Source: Okamejei kenojei (Eukaryota). From it: a DNA stretch of 64,000 bases. A model generated the notes under the pieces. The model searched no databases. It saw only the letters and a program-made list of their open reading frames with translations, and was not told the origin of the DNA. Numbering within the stretch: position 1 is the first letter of the stretch; every line of letters begins with the position of its first letter. The DNA lies in the NCBI GenBank assembly GCA_035221665.1, contig CM069165.1:19220001-19284000 (forward strand), written 5' to 3'. Shown here piece by piece: positions 51,510 to 63,798 of the stretch. A program made the translations under genes and the position numbers.

Positions 51510-51665
51510 AGTTTTTCAACTGCACTTACCTGCGCGCCCGTACCTACCGCTGTCAAGGAGCTGCCTCTGCAGCTCATGCTCTGCCGTCAGCGTTGACGTA
51601 ATGCCGTTCAAGCGCCAGGCGGGGCTTCTTCACGTAGTCACTCACGTGACTCCGAAGTAAAATTG
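51510..51665. mobile_element. CpG-rich repeat fragment, possibly a DIRS-like terminal repeat
   Basis: cttcacgtagtcactcacgtgactccgaagtaaa recalls DIRS-type termini; from memory, unverified. Confidence 0.35.
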
Positions 51666-51789
51666 TAATATAGTTTGTAATCATTTATGCCTTAGGCTGT
51701 GGCACAAATATTAAAATACTAAACTGCAGTTGGTTTTAACCAATTACTTTCAATGCAATTATTTGTGAAACTCAAGTTCTGTGCAGTTA

Positions 51790-52082
51790 CGTAGAACAGT
51801 ATAGTATAGGAACAACCCTTCAGCCCACAATGTCTGTGCCGAACACAATGTTAAGTTAAACTAATCTCCTCTCTGCAAGTGATTCTTGCATATGCATGTA
51901 GTGGCTATCTAAAAGCCTCTTAAATGTCACTATCATATCTGCTTCTACCACCACCCCTGGCAGCATGTTCTAGGCACATGCCACTGTTTAAAAATCTTGA
52001 CCCTGTACATTTTCTTTAAACTTTAGCGCACTCACTTTTAAGCTATGCCCTCTAGTATTTGACATTTCTGCCCTGGGAATAA
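51790..52082 (-). mobile_element. CR1 3' end
   Basis: ggaacaacccttcagcccacaatgtctgtgccgaac...accaccacccctggcagcatgttctaggca. Confidence 0.85.
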
Positions 52083-52209
52083 AGTCCTAAATGGCTAAAT
52101 AAAATATTGGATAATTTTATAAGCTCTCTGGATGCTGAGTGCAAGAGAGTGATCCATTAAAAAAAATTGTACATCCTGTTTCGCACAATTGTAAGGTGGG
52201 TTTGTTAAT

Positions 52210-52448
52210 AAAAAGGAAAGTACAAGGTATGTGGAAGTTTGTGCTGGCAGAATCAGGAAACTTAAAAAAAAGTCTGAAGAAGGGTCTTGCCCCGAAATGT
52301 CACCTATTCCTTCTCTCCAGAGATGCGGCCTGTTCCGCTGAGTAACTCCACCTTTTTGTGTCGATCTTCAGTTTAAACCAGCACCTGCAGTTCCTTCTTA
52401 CACAAACTTTAAAAAGGTACCTGGATGTGCATTGGAAGTGCCATGATG
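52210..52448 (+). repeat. left copy of ~238-bp direct repeat flanking the L1
   Basis: aaaaaggaaagtacaagg...ggaagtgccatgatg; about 10 differences from 54840-55076 by manual comparison. Confidence 0.95.
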
Positions 52449-54844
52449 CCATGAGAGATTTTTGCAATATTATAAAAAATTATATTCCGCAAAAACGACA
52501 GAAAACAGGATAGGAATAGAAGCATTTAAAAAAAAATGTAATTTAAATGGGATGGATTCACAAAATAGAGAATCACTAAATGCTGAAATATCAGTAAAAG
52601 AAACCGAAGAATCTATCACATCATTAAAAAATGGTAAAACACCGGGATCTGATGGTATTGGTTCGGAATTTCATAAAACATTTTATGATCTGATTGCACC
52701 ACGTTTGAAGATACTCTATGAATACATCTTTACCCACCAGAAACTACCAGAAACGTTAAATTAATCTATTATAACACTTGTACCTAAAATAGACAAAGAT
52801 CTGGATGACCCAGGATCATATAGAGCTATAGGTCTTTTAAATACTGATCAAAAGATACTAACCAAAATATTAGCACAAAGACTAAGCACAGTTATTAATC
52901 AATTAATTCACCCGGATCAAACAGGATTTATACCAAAACGATATTCCTCATATAACCTGAGACGATTATTCAATATTATATATTCGAAAAAGAGGTATTA
53001 ATAAAGACCTAGTAATTATATTGTTAGATGCAGAGAAAGCCTTTGACCAGGTGGAATGGTCTTACTTGTTTTCGGTTATGGAAACTTTTAAGTTGGGAGT
53101 GAAGTTTATTACTTGGGTTAAATTATTATACACAAATCCAACAGCCAGAATACTAACAAATCAAATGCTATCAACTAAATTTAATTTATTCCGAGGCTGC
53201 AGACAAGGTTGTCCTTTATCCCCGCTATTGTTTGCACTTGCAATAGAACCATTAGCTCAACGTGTGAGATTACATCCTGAAATATATGGGAATGACACCA
53301 GAGATACTGAAAATAAAATCTCCTTATATGCGGATGATGTATTACTTTATATTACAAAGCCGGAAATTAGTATTCCAAATTTACTGAAATTAATAACTGA
53401 ATTTGGATTATTTTCAGGATATAGTATTAATTGGAATAAAAGTGAACATGTCAATAATGGTAAATAACTTACATATACTACAACAATTTCCTTTTAAGAT
53501 AGCAAACGAAAAAAATCAAATATCTTGGAATTTATGTAACAAAAAGATTTGATTCTTTATTTAAATCCAATTTTCCACTTTTATTGAATAAATTAAATAA
53601 GAATATTTTATATTGGAAAACATTACCTATTTCAATGCTAGGTAGAATGAAAGCAATAAAAATGATTTTTCTCCCGCAATTACTATTAATTCCAAAAACT
53701 ATGGAATTAATAAGATGGGCGATCTCTATAGGGAAAACTCCTTCATGTCATTTCAAGAATTAAAACAAATTTATGGATTACATTCAAAAGATTACTTTAA
53801 ATATTTACAAATTAGAGACTATGTAAAAGCAAACACACAAGAAATCAGAAATAGAAAGACAGAAATTTTAGATGAATGTCTAAATAAACACCCGAACAAA
53901 GAAAAATTGATATCATATATTTATAACTTTTTATTGGAAAACGATGTTCCAATGACAGAAATATATAGGCAATCATGGGAAAACGAATTAGGTCAATTAA
54001 TCAGACTAGAAGTATGGGATGAAAGTTTACAACATATACACCATTGTTCATTAAATGTTAGACACTCTCTTATACAATTTAAAATATTACATAGATTACA
54101 TTATTCAAAATCCAAATTACATAGTAGTTTTTCAAATGTATCTGCCATATGTGATAAATGTCAGCACTTAGAAGCTAACTTAACGCATTCATTTACAAAT
54201 TGTATAAATATTACTAAATTTTGGACAGAAATATTTAAGATAATTTCAAATGTTGTTAATATGAATCTGATCCCAGACTCAAAATTAATAATATTGCGAA
54301 TATTAGAAACAGATCAACTAATAACAACGAATCAAAGCATTTTTATTGATTACAGTTTAATAATTGGGAAAAAATTAATATTGAAATTCTGGAAAGGTCC
54401 TACATCCCCCACAACCAAAATGTGGATTACAGGAATGTCGGAGACACTTCATCTGGAAAGATTAAGGCGTGTCCTACTGGATAAGTTGGATCTTTTCAGA
54501 GGGTTATGGTCTCCATTTATTGAATATTTAAAGGGTCAAAATGGCTCGGTGCGAGAGCCTGACTGAAGCCTGAATAAAGGAATGGATGAAGAATCATATA
54601 TAACAAATCATGGATATATCTCCAATGATGGATAACCTGTTTAACACTCCACTCATTTTTTATTTTATTTTATTTTTTTTAACTTTATTTTTCTCTATTT
54701 TTTCCTATCTGCAATTTTTTTTTAAATGTATAGAAATACAAATAAGACATAATTGTTAATATTAATAATATTACGAATGTATGAGACAAGTATATTATTT
54801 TAATATGTACTTACATCTAATAAAAGTATTTAACAAAAAAAAAA
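52449..54844 (+). mobile_element. L1-clade LINE, 5'-truncated ORF2 pseudogene with 3' UTR and poly(A)
   Basis: KTPGSDG, LDAEKAFD, GCRQGCPLSPLLF, LYADD, C-terminal CDKC...H....C knuckle; AATAAA at 54819-54824; A-tail 54835-54844. Confidence 0.95.
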
Positions 54845-55076
54845 GGAAAGTACAAGGTATGTGGAAGTTTGTGCTGGCAGAATCAGGAAACTTTAAAAAA
54901 GTCTGAAGAAGGGTCTCGCCCCAAAATGTCACCTATTCCTTCTCTCCAGAGATGCGGCCTGTCCCGCTGAGTAACTCCAGCTTTTTGTGTCGATCTTCGG
55001 TTTAAACCAGCATCTGCAGTTCCTTCTTACACAAACTTTAAAAGGTACCCGGATGTGCATTGGAAGTGCCATGATG
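54840..55076 (+). repeat. right copy of ~238-bp direct repeat flanking the L1
   Basis: Begins inside the L1 A-tail and matches 52210-52448. Confidence 0.95.
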
Positions 55077-55244
55077 TACAGGGCTATCGACCAAAAGATA
55101 GGCAATTAGATTAATCCAATTACATTTTTTGGACATCAACGCGATGGACCAAATGCCCTTGTGTCTGTGCTTTAAATTGCGAATGTAGATGTCAGATAAA
55201 ACATTACTCCTATATTAAAGTTTAAGGACATGATTTCCCATCAG

Positions 55245-55680
55245 TCTAAAAGATGCCGGCCCCAAATATCATCTGTCCATTTCTCTCCACAGATGCTGCC
55301 TGAGCTGCTGAGTTCCTTTGGCACTTTGTTTTTGCTCAAGATTCCAGTACTCCTGCTACCTTCAGGTAGATGGTACCCTAGAGTCTATTAAAGACTGCAA
55401 CGACCAGGTTCAGGAATAGCTACTTCCCCACAGCCATCAGGCTATTAAACCTGGCTCGGACAAAACTCTGATAACTAATAACCCATTATCTGTTATTTGC
55501 ACTTTATTAGTTTATTTATTCATGTGCGTATATATTTATATATGGTATATGGACACACTGATCTGTTTTGTAGTAAATGCCTTCTATGTTCTGTGTGCTG
55601 ATGCAAAGCAAGAATTTCATTGTCCTATCAGGGACACATGACAATAAACTCACTTGAACTTGAGTATCTGCAGTCTCTCG
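55245..55680 (+). mobile_element. Penelope-like repeat interrupted by a Rex1/Babar-like 3' end (about 55348-55663)
   Basis: gctcaagattccagta|...TTRFRNSYFPTAIRLLN...caataaactcacttgaacttga|gtatctgcagt. Confidence 0.8.
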
Positions 55681-57089
55681 TGTCTCCCTTTTCTTAAGTG
55701 TTGCTTTGGGGTAAAGACATATAGTGAGTAGGATATTGAAAATCCATTTACAGGTCATTGGTGCTAAAATTCCTTAATTCCAGAGAAGGCAACAGCAGTC
55801 ACAGTGGCTGTTTCGGGGCAGAAAGCACTTCAGGCCTTGTGCCTCCCCAGAATGAATCAGGTGTGGTACAGATGCCCATGTTGAAGAATTACTGTGCACT
55901 AGTATCTAGGACAGACAATGAGGATTATTTGAATGGGGTGTGTGTGAAGGAAGGTTTTGGTAAGGAAAGGTTGGATAAAGTAGAGTGGTAGTTGTGTAAG
56001 AGATAGATGGAGGTGGGAGAGTTGGAAGAAGTGATCGGGTCAGGAAGAATATAGATTTTGGGAGTGGGAGGTGAGAAGTCAGTTTGTCACAGGCGGGGTT
56101 TCATTTTATCTTCCACCTCACAGGAGGATATGTGGTGCCAGGGAAGCATCCACTCTGGTGGTGACACAGAGTATCTGGGCAACCTGCCGACTGATGAACC
56201 AGGTTTCGGCTTCCATGGAGACACGGTCTGAGACCATTCAAAGTCTTCATGCCAGATGGGTCCAGCCATCTGTTCTCAGGTAATAGCTAGTTACCATTTA
56301 ATGCTCACAAGAACCCCTCCACCACCAAGGAGAAGGCAGCTGTTCTGTAATGTTTATTTGTGTAAGCAAGGCTCTGCGGCCTATTTTGACATTTATGTGA
56401 CGGACCACAACAGCTTGACACCCTGGTGGAACTGTTTTCCAAAAGCAGCAACTAATGCAGGCCAATTGCTGAGTTTAAATCTAGGATGTTACGGAAGATG
56501 GGGAAAAAGTGTACACATAGCGTTAGATCACACGATTGAATAGTGGAACAGACTCAGAGGAGTTAAATGATCTTCTGCGATGAGAGGGAAGACCAAGAAC
56601 TCCAGTTAACTTTTCAACCATCCTGAAATTTTGACCGAGATGATTGGAGGTTTGTGCACTCAAGGAATCAAAACAAAAAACAAATTGGGCAGGAAGGTGG
56701 GAGGATCATCCATGATATCAAATAGTGGATCAAGACTAAGAGACCTGACCTACCCTGGTTCCATTTCACACAATCTTGTGCTTCATTCAAGAGACAACAC
56801 ACCCAACAATTATGTGGCGTGCACTTCCTCTGTACTGTCCTGAACTGCCATCTTAAATGGTGGGCTACGTTTTCTGTGCCATGGATTAATTTCCAAGCCC
56901 TCTGTCCTTTAGGACAGAGCAACTTCCATGTTGTGGCTGACCCATCACAACACAATGTCAGTGCAACCAGATGAGTAAACATTTTGCAAAAAATCCAGAA
57001 GCAAATTTTGATTTTCTTGAAAATAATTAATATAGCTGTAATGTCTTAGTTATGAAGCTGAAAAAAACTAAACATCTCAAGAACTCTAT

Positions 57090-57300
57090 TCTTTTTTGTA
57101 GCAGCATTACAGGTCTGTAAACAGTAATCATTGATTCCATAATAAACAAAAAAAGTTCGATAAATTAATATTAAAGGGAAAATAGTCCAAGCTTCTTAGT
57201 GCAACCAAAGCATTTCGTAGTTCATAGCGAAGTTGGTGTCCGTAGTGTTCAAGAGCCTGATGATTGTTGGGAAGAAGCTGTTCTTAAACCTAGAGATCTA
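57090..57300 (-). mobile_element. Rex1/Babar-like 3' fragment
   Basis: cctgatgattgttgggaagaagctgttcttaaacct is the reverse complement of RFKNSFFPTIIR. Confidence 0.75.
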
Positions 57301-57444
57301 ATCCTAACAATAGCAAAAACATACACAGTATCAGATTCAACTACTTTGCTCCAATCACTAATGTCTTTTTTTCAGTTTTAGTTTTCTTTTGACTTAATGG
57401 GATTTTGGGACGATGGTTTAAATCTATTCTTGAGCCCCAAAGTA

Positions 57445-57588
57445 AAATAGATTTGGACAGGTACATGGATAGGAAAGGTTTGGGCCAAAAGCAGGCAGAT
57501 GGAACTACTGATGATGGGGCATCTTGCTCGGCATGGGCAAGTAGGGCCGAAGGGCCTGTTTCCCTGCTGTATGACGAAATGACTCTAT
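57445..57588 (+). mobile_element. CR1 3' tail
   Basis: atttggacaggtacatggataggaaagg...gggccgaagggcctgtttcc. Confidence 0.85.
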
Positions 57589-58913
57589 TTACAAACAGGA
57601 TATCATTCGGTTTCTACAAAACTCTTGATTAACTATGCTCATCTATTCCTGCCCAGCAACCCTTCAGACCTGTAATACTGATCACTTCAAAAACAAAATA
57701 CCAAAAACTAAGAAGTAGTATAAAGTTTCTACCAGATCCTGATGGCAAGCATTTGTAAAGCAATCTCTGGCAAACACGAACTGATATCGAACATGCCTGT
57801 TCCAGACGTGCTTTATACACTGGAGCTTCTTCAGTGTGTGAACTCTCACCTAATTTGTCTCAATTCATCTTGGCCTTGCTGGAAATCTACAGTATTCCCG
57901 AAACAATCAGAATAACGTATGTTTGTTTTAACCTGGTGACAAAGCACACACTTTCCTTTCACAAGATGTGCAAGTTCACATTCCTTGTGTGAAAAGTACC
58001 CCCTGCCACCAGAGATATTTAAGCTTGTAGATCAGCCTAGTTCAAATGCATACTGCCTCCAGTGAAACATGCATTTGCTATGATCAGCTTAACAAAAATA
58101 ACTTTTCAACATTGCTGTGACCCTCATTCTGTGGCTTTGTTGCAACACGAGGCCAAGTGTCCCTAATGTGTTCTCACATCACATGAAAAGGAAACGTTTG
58201 ACAGGCGTCAAAGTATCCAGGCACTCGACCAACGAATGGTGAAAAGAGTCAAAAATCCCGCCGAGATCAATGCAAAGTTATGCTGAAAGTACAGTTAAGG
58301 TTTAAAACAAACTCAAAACTTAAACTGAATTGGTTCATATCAAGTAACATTTCAGTTTCCTTTTATTGACTAAGCTTCAACAGCTTTTTTTAAAGTTTCC
58401 TTTTCAGCCTGTCTTTAATCGATGTGTACAAGTAATAACAACTCAGAATGTTAAACTGAATTTTGTGCTCTCCCCCTCTTCCCCACTTGAAATAGGCCAT
58501 GATTGCTTCTGGCCCCTGCAAATATGAAGAAACCATATGTGTTTAGCCAGACAGAGCAATATGCAACAATAGTCACTCATGGAAGATTACTGGGGAAGGT
58601 CTGAAGTTCTGTTCAAAATGCAATTTAAATGGTTACAGTAAATTATTTTTGCGAGTGGAAGGGCAACCATAATCGTACAGGATAAACTGTGGCCTAATGA
58701 TACGTAGAAGATCCAATGTGAGACCTTTTATAACTTCCTGAGCAGTCAGTTTACTGCTTTTTGCAAAAGATTACACTTCTGACAAAATAGAACTTCTGTA
58801 CTGGGAAGAAGTATTATTCTTAATTGTGATGACAAATCTCCCTCGATTCATTCAATTGTCCACCATAACTTCACAAGGGAGGCCAAGTGAACCCAGGCTA
58901 AAGATAATCTAAA

Positions 58914-59158
58914 GTAGGAAGGAACTGCAGATGCTGGTTCACGCTGAATTTAGACACAAAAAGCTGGAGTAACTCAATGTCAGGCAGTATCTCTGGAGAA
59001 AAGGAATAGGTGACGTTTCGTGTCAGAACCCTCCACCCTTAGGAGTCCCTCACCCCTAGCTCTCAGTCTGATGAAGGTTTCGACCTGAAATGTCACTTAT
59101 TCCTTTTCTCTGGAGATGCTGCCTGACCCGTTGTATTGCTCCAGTATTTTGTGTCTAC
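58914..59158. mobile_element. palindromic Penelope-like remnant with a canonical CTGATGA hammerhead core
   Basis: Inverted arms; imperfect TSD ctaaagataatctaa / ctaaaggcaatctaa; CTGATGA-AGGT-TTCG-ACCT-GAAA-TGTC at 59068-59094. Confidence 0.85.
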
Positions 59159-59811
59159 CTAAAGGCAATCTAATAAAGCTCCTTCGGGTTGGATTCTTGC
59201 AAAACAACCAAAATTAAATTGTTTATTTTTAACACAATCACAAAACCACACTTCTAGATTTCTGAGCTTAACATTTACACCTAATGTGCTGTTTTTCAAA
59301 ACAGAAAGATTTTCAAAGTACCATTGATATGTAAAATAAGAAATTGATACACATAGGCAATATAACTAAAACTACTGCTACTGTCGAAGAGATATTGCAG
59401 GTGCTGTCAGCATGCAATCCATTTTATTTTATTTATTGACTGGTTTTCACAGTCTTCCCTCACAGAATATAGAACACTTATAAACCACCCTAGGGACATA
59501 CATATCCCTGGGGGGCAAAAGACTACTGGGAACATTAGGATGCAAGGGTGTGTGAGAAAAGGCATTACCCTAATTTAAAGTGGAACATATACAGTTTGCA
59601 GTTCCCCATAATGTGCTGATGGCTATCAATTGTTGAAGGCATCCTCTCAATGGCAGCTCAATGCTTTAAATATATGAAAGAGACCAAGGCTCAAGGGACA
59701 GGGAACTTGCAAACTGGAGTGCCCTGGATTTAGTGGATGAGACATGGAGGTTCAAGGAGCGCTCCTGTGTGTCAGTGAGATAGAGGTGAGGGAAGTGATG
59801 GCGGGGACACT

Positions 59812-60070
59812 TAGGTTAGTTTAGTTTATTACTGTCACGTCTACTGAAGTACAGTGAAATGCTTTTGTTAGCGTGCTATCCAATCAAAGACTATACAGGA
59901 ATGCAATTGAGCCATCCAGAGCATACAGATAAAGGGTACAAGATTTAGTGGGAGATAAAATCTGATTAAAGGTAATTCAAAAGGTCTACAATGAGATAGA
60001 TGGAAGGTCCAGACCGTGGCAGAAGCTTGGCAGTAAATACCTCCAGCTGTTGCCATCTGTGAGAACTTGC
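59812..60070 (-). mobile_element. LINE 3' UTR fragment (Rex1/Babar-like)
   Basis: (ttagt)n then tttattactgtcacgtctactgaagtacagtgaaatgcttttg, the reverse complement of a tgacagtaataaa-type tail. Confidence 0.55.
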
Positions 60071-60077
60071 ACTCATG

Positions 60078-60345
60078 ACCAGAGACCAGGGTGTGATCCT
60101 GACAACAGGTGCTGTCTGCATGGAGCTTGTACATTCTTCCTGTGACCACATGGTTTTCTCCGGGTGCTCTGGTTTCCTCCCACACTCCAAAGTCATACAG
60201 GTTTGTAGGTGAATTTTCTTCTGTAAGTCGTAAATTGTGCCTAATATGTGGGATGATGCTAGTGTACGGGGTGATTGCTGGTCAACGCAGACTGAATGGC
60301 CTGTTTAAATGCTGTATCTCTAATGTCTAAATTAAAGTCTAAATT
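60078..60345 (+). mobile_element. HE1-type SINE lacking its 5' head
   Basis: ccagagacc...ggtgctgtctg...ggttttctccgggtgctctggtttcctcccacactccaaa...ctgaatggcctgttt. Confidence 0.85.
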
Positions 60346-62099
60346 CATTTTCTTGTCCTCACAAAGTCTGTCAGAATAAGCGGCTGAGCACTGGGGAAAA
60401 ATGTAGCAGATCATTTAATTAATTGAATCAGGGATTCTTTACTTGTGGTATTGTAATCAGTGTAGGTGGTCCTGCAAGGGAGGATATGAGTAATTATATG
60501 TCATCTGGGATCTCTAGGCCAATTACTGGAAACTACGTTGGTGTTAAGAGAATCATTTCATCTGCACTGGGGATTTGGTTTAGCAGTTTTCCAGAGGGGA
60601 AAAGTATCTTTCAGGTAGTTCATTTTTGCCCCTGCAGTCACTGCCTCCCATCTCTGCTCTGCTAGAATATAACAATGTGGTGTTTTGCGGGGATCACCCA
60701 TTGCTGTTCTTCTTCGATCTCCCATTCTTCAGCCTGTGTCTTCTGTTCCTCAGGCTCTGGTGTCTCCCAGTTGCTCCTCCGTCAGCAGTGGCTGCTGTCT
60801 TTGATTGGGTTGGCAACATAGAAGTCCTTGCCAGATTGGTAGACTCTGCAGTGCACCCCTAGATTTGTGTAAACAATGGAATCTCATCTATAGAAGCCCA
60901 ATGGCATTCTTTGTAGTAACAGCAACAGCACGGATTTGCTGTTTCTGTCCTCAGCTGCTGTAGTTGCAGCCACCATGATGGTGGAGAACAGCTCTTGCCC
61001 CTTGGTATCTAACCCGTTGGTGGGGGAGGGTCACAGAGAACCTCTGTCTGCCTGAGGCCACCCTCATTGTGGGTGCTTCTCAAAAATACTATGTGAAATA
61101 ATTTTTCTGCCCCACTTGCACATAAATCCCGATGTCCAATTATCTAATTTCTGGACCAATATTCTTCAGCTGTATTAATATTGCTTCTGACAATTTTTAG
61201 GCTGCACTCTTAAAGAATAAGGGAAACAGATGGATTTTGTTGCTGGTTGGAAAGGGCTTTTTATTTAAAATAAGATCAAGAGCCACCAAAATTATAAATG
61301 CTACAAACAGTTATAATCATCATTAATCTTCTTTTGGTTTGTCTATTTCTCTTTAATCAACGTATACAGTAGCTGCTGAGACTCAGTAGAAAAGAATAGA
61401 GTTTACATGTGCTGGGTTTGTACCACTGTCTCTATATTTTAATCCCTTCTCAGACATCCCTTCCCCAACCACTAAGTGCGTGCAGGAATTGAAGCTCTGG
61501 CATTTTTGGAGAAGCATGCTGTACACACATATTGTACGCATGCACATACCTTTACCATTCCTAATAGCCACGGAGGGTCCTATTGAAGCATTGGCATGCT
61601 CACATTCAATATAATTCACCTGGCACCCCTCTCTGATCCTCTTGTGGTTTGCACTTTCGAGAGTCACGACAAAAAGAGGGTTATAAGTTAACGTCATAAC
61701 AATCTTACCAAGTCAAAGCTCAACAATCCTACAGACTGAAAACTTATTTTTAAATCTTCCAATGGAGAAAAGTAAAATGATGTGATTCCTCTATCTTCAG
61801 AGACTGGTGGTCTTTGAAAAATAAACGGGAGGAAAGGGGAAAGGAATAACATTGGAATTATGTGGGTTTTAGGTATACTGATAATAAACTCAGAAAGGAG
61901 TAATTTCAACAAAGGAGTGAGTGGTGTTAGAGTAAATATTATCTTTCATATATCTTGACATACATCATAACGCAGAGAACAAAAAGTACTCTGTAACTCC
62001 ATATTAGGCCATCAACTGCATTTTGATGCCTACCCTTTGAAATAAAACTGTGTTCCTCACACAGGGTATAAGAAGATTGACGAGACTGGCTTCGACATA

Positions 62100-62305
62100 T
62101 GGGAAAGAACTGCAGATGCTGGTTTAAATCAAGATAGACACAAAATGCCGGAGTAACTCAGCTGGACAGGCAGCATCTCTCGAGAGTAGGAATGGGTGAC
62201 GTCTGAAGAAGGGTCTCGACCTGAAACCTATTTCACCTTGTCACCCATTCTCACTCTCCAGAGATGCTGCCTGAGCAACTGAGTTACTCCGGCATTTTGT
62301 GTCTG
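62100..62305. mobile_element. palindromic Penelope-like remnant
   Basis: agacacaaaatgccggagtaactcag ... ctgagttactccggcattttgtgtct arms flank one hammerhead core. Confidence 0.85.
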
Positions 62306-62887
62306 ACTTCTATGTGAACAGGGCCAAGAGGAAACTGGAGGGAGGAAAAATGTGCCTGCACTAATTAGGAGTGGATTGAAGCTAAAAAAGGAAGAGAATG
62401 TATAGTGAAGGGTTGGTGATTGGTGAGGCTGAGGGAAGTGAGGGGAGAAAAATTAGCCAGCGTGATTTGGAGAGAAAGATGGCCAACTTTAACTGTTGTG
62501 TCTACCTTCACTTCCATCTCAAACAACTTTAACTGAAGGCAGGGCAAGTGCCATACACTGTGCCATGGAGAAAAAGTAATGAGTAAAAATGAAGCATAGA
62601 TGAGGGAAACAGAATGTCATTTATGACAAGCAGCACGAGATAGGAGTGCTCTGAAATAAATGAGACGCATATGTGTTTTACCATTACAGCATAAACTATT
62701 TAATACTGTCATGGTGAAACACATAGATTGACTAAAATTAAATTTTCCTTGCAAGGAATTAATAAACGATTCAATGCAGCTTTAAGCACTATGCTTACAT
62801 TACAGTTGCAGCATATCTACAGTTAAAGTTAATAGAATTCAGCTTGCCATGTATTCCTTCTTATGTAACAACAACAGTGCACACACA

Positions 62888-63022
62888 GTGTGTAGGAAAG
62901 AACTGCAGATGCTGGTTTAAATTGAAGGTAGACACAAAATGCTGGAGTAACTCAATGGGACAGGCAGCATCTCTGGAGAGAAGGAATGGGTGACTTTTCG
63001 GGTCGAGACCCTTCTTTAGACA
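62888..63022 (-). mobile_element. Penelope-like terminal repeat fragment
   Basis: tgtaggaaagaactgcagatgctgg...gggtcgagacccttctttagac. Confidence 0.85.
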
Positions 63023-63124
63023 TTCTTTGTATCCAGTGTCTTTAATCTTGTAAAATGTCTGAAAGTGTTTTACGGAAGACTGAGACACATAAAAGAGATG
63101 CATTTGGAGACCTTGATCACAAGG

Positions 63125-63490
63125 TTAGGATTTGAGAAGCATCTTAAAGGAGGAAAAAGTGGAGGAAGGCTTGGAGAGGTTTAGGCAGAGAATTCCAGAG
63201 CTTAAGGCAATGGCAGCTGAAAGCAACTTTAATAGAATGATTAAATTAAGGAGGATCATCAGACCAGGTGGAGCACAAGTGTGCTGGAGGGTTGTGGGGC
63301 TGGAGGAGATTACAGAGGGGAAGGGATTTATCAATGGTGGAATTTGAAAGCTTTAACGTTAGTGTTAGATGTTTACTGAACGAAGAACAAATGTAGGTCA
63401 TTCAAGGGTGGCGAGATGGGTGATTGGGAGTTAAGAAAGGGCACCAAGGGTTTTCAGTCCAGCCTGTTTGTAGCCGCTTTGGAATCATTG
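63125..63490 (-). mobile_element. L2-like LINE 3' fragment
   Basis: Minus strand ttcagctgccattgccttaagctctggaattctctgcctaaacctctc...ctcctttaagatgcttc. Confidence 0.7.
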
Positions 63491-63798
63491 GTCATTGTGG
63501 AGGGAATTTAGTGTTGATAAACCAAATTTGTTAAATAGTTAACACTCATTGTCAATTTACAGAGAATGACCAGTAATAATGTGATCAATAGATAAGCTCC
63601 AGAATTCTCCTTAGATGATGCTTCCAAAATCAACATTCATTAGTTAAATATAATTATTCAAAAACTTTGGATGTGGCGAAATAAATTAAATAAGATCTCC
63701 TCGTAACCATGTTTTTTATTCAAATACGAATTCTTCATGATATGTTTGTTTACCTTTTATTGTCACTTAGAAGGCAACCACTAAAATTATGGTGTATT

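Noticed and set aside
1645-63022. Recurring gctggagtaactcagcggg repeat as a CRISPR-like array
   Set aside because: Dispersed, in both orientations, diverged and attached to GIY-YIG ORF ends; it is a Penelope-like terminal repeat in a vertebrate genome.
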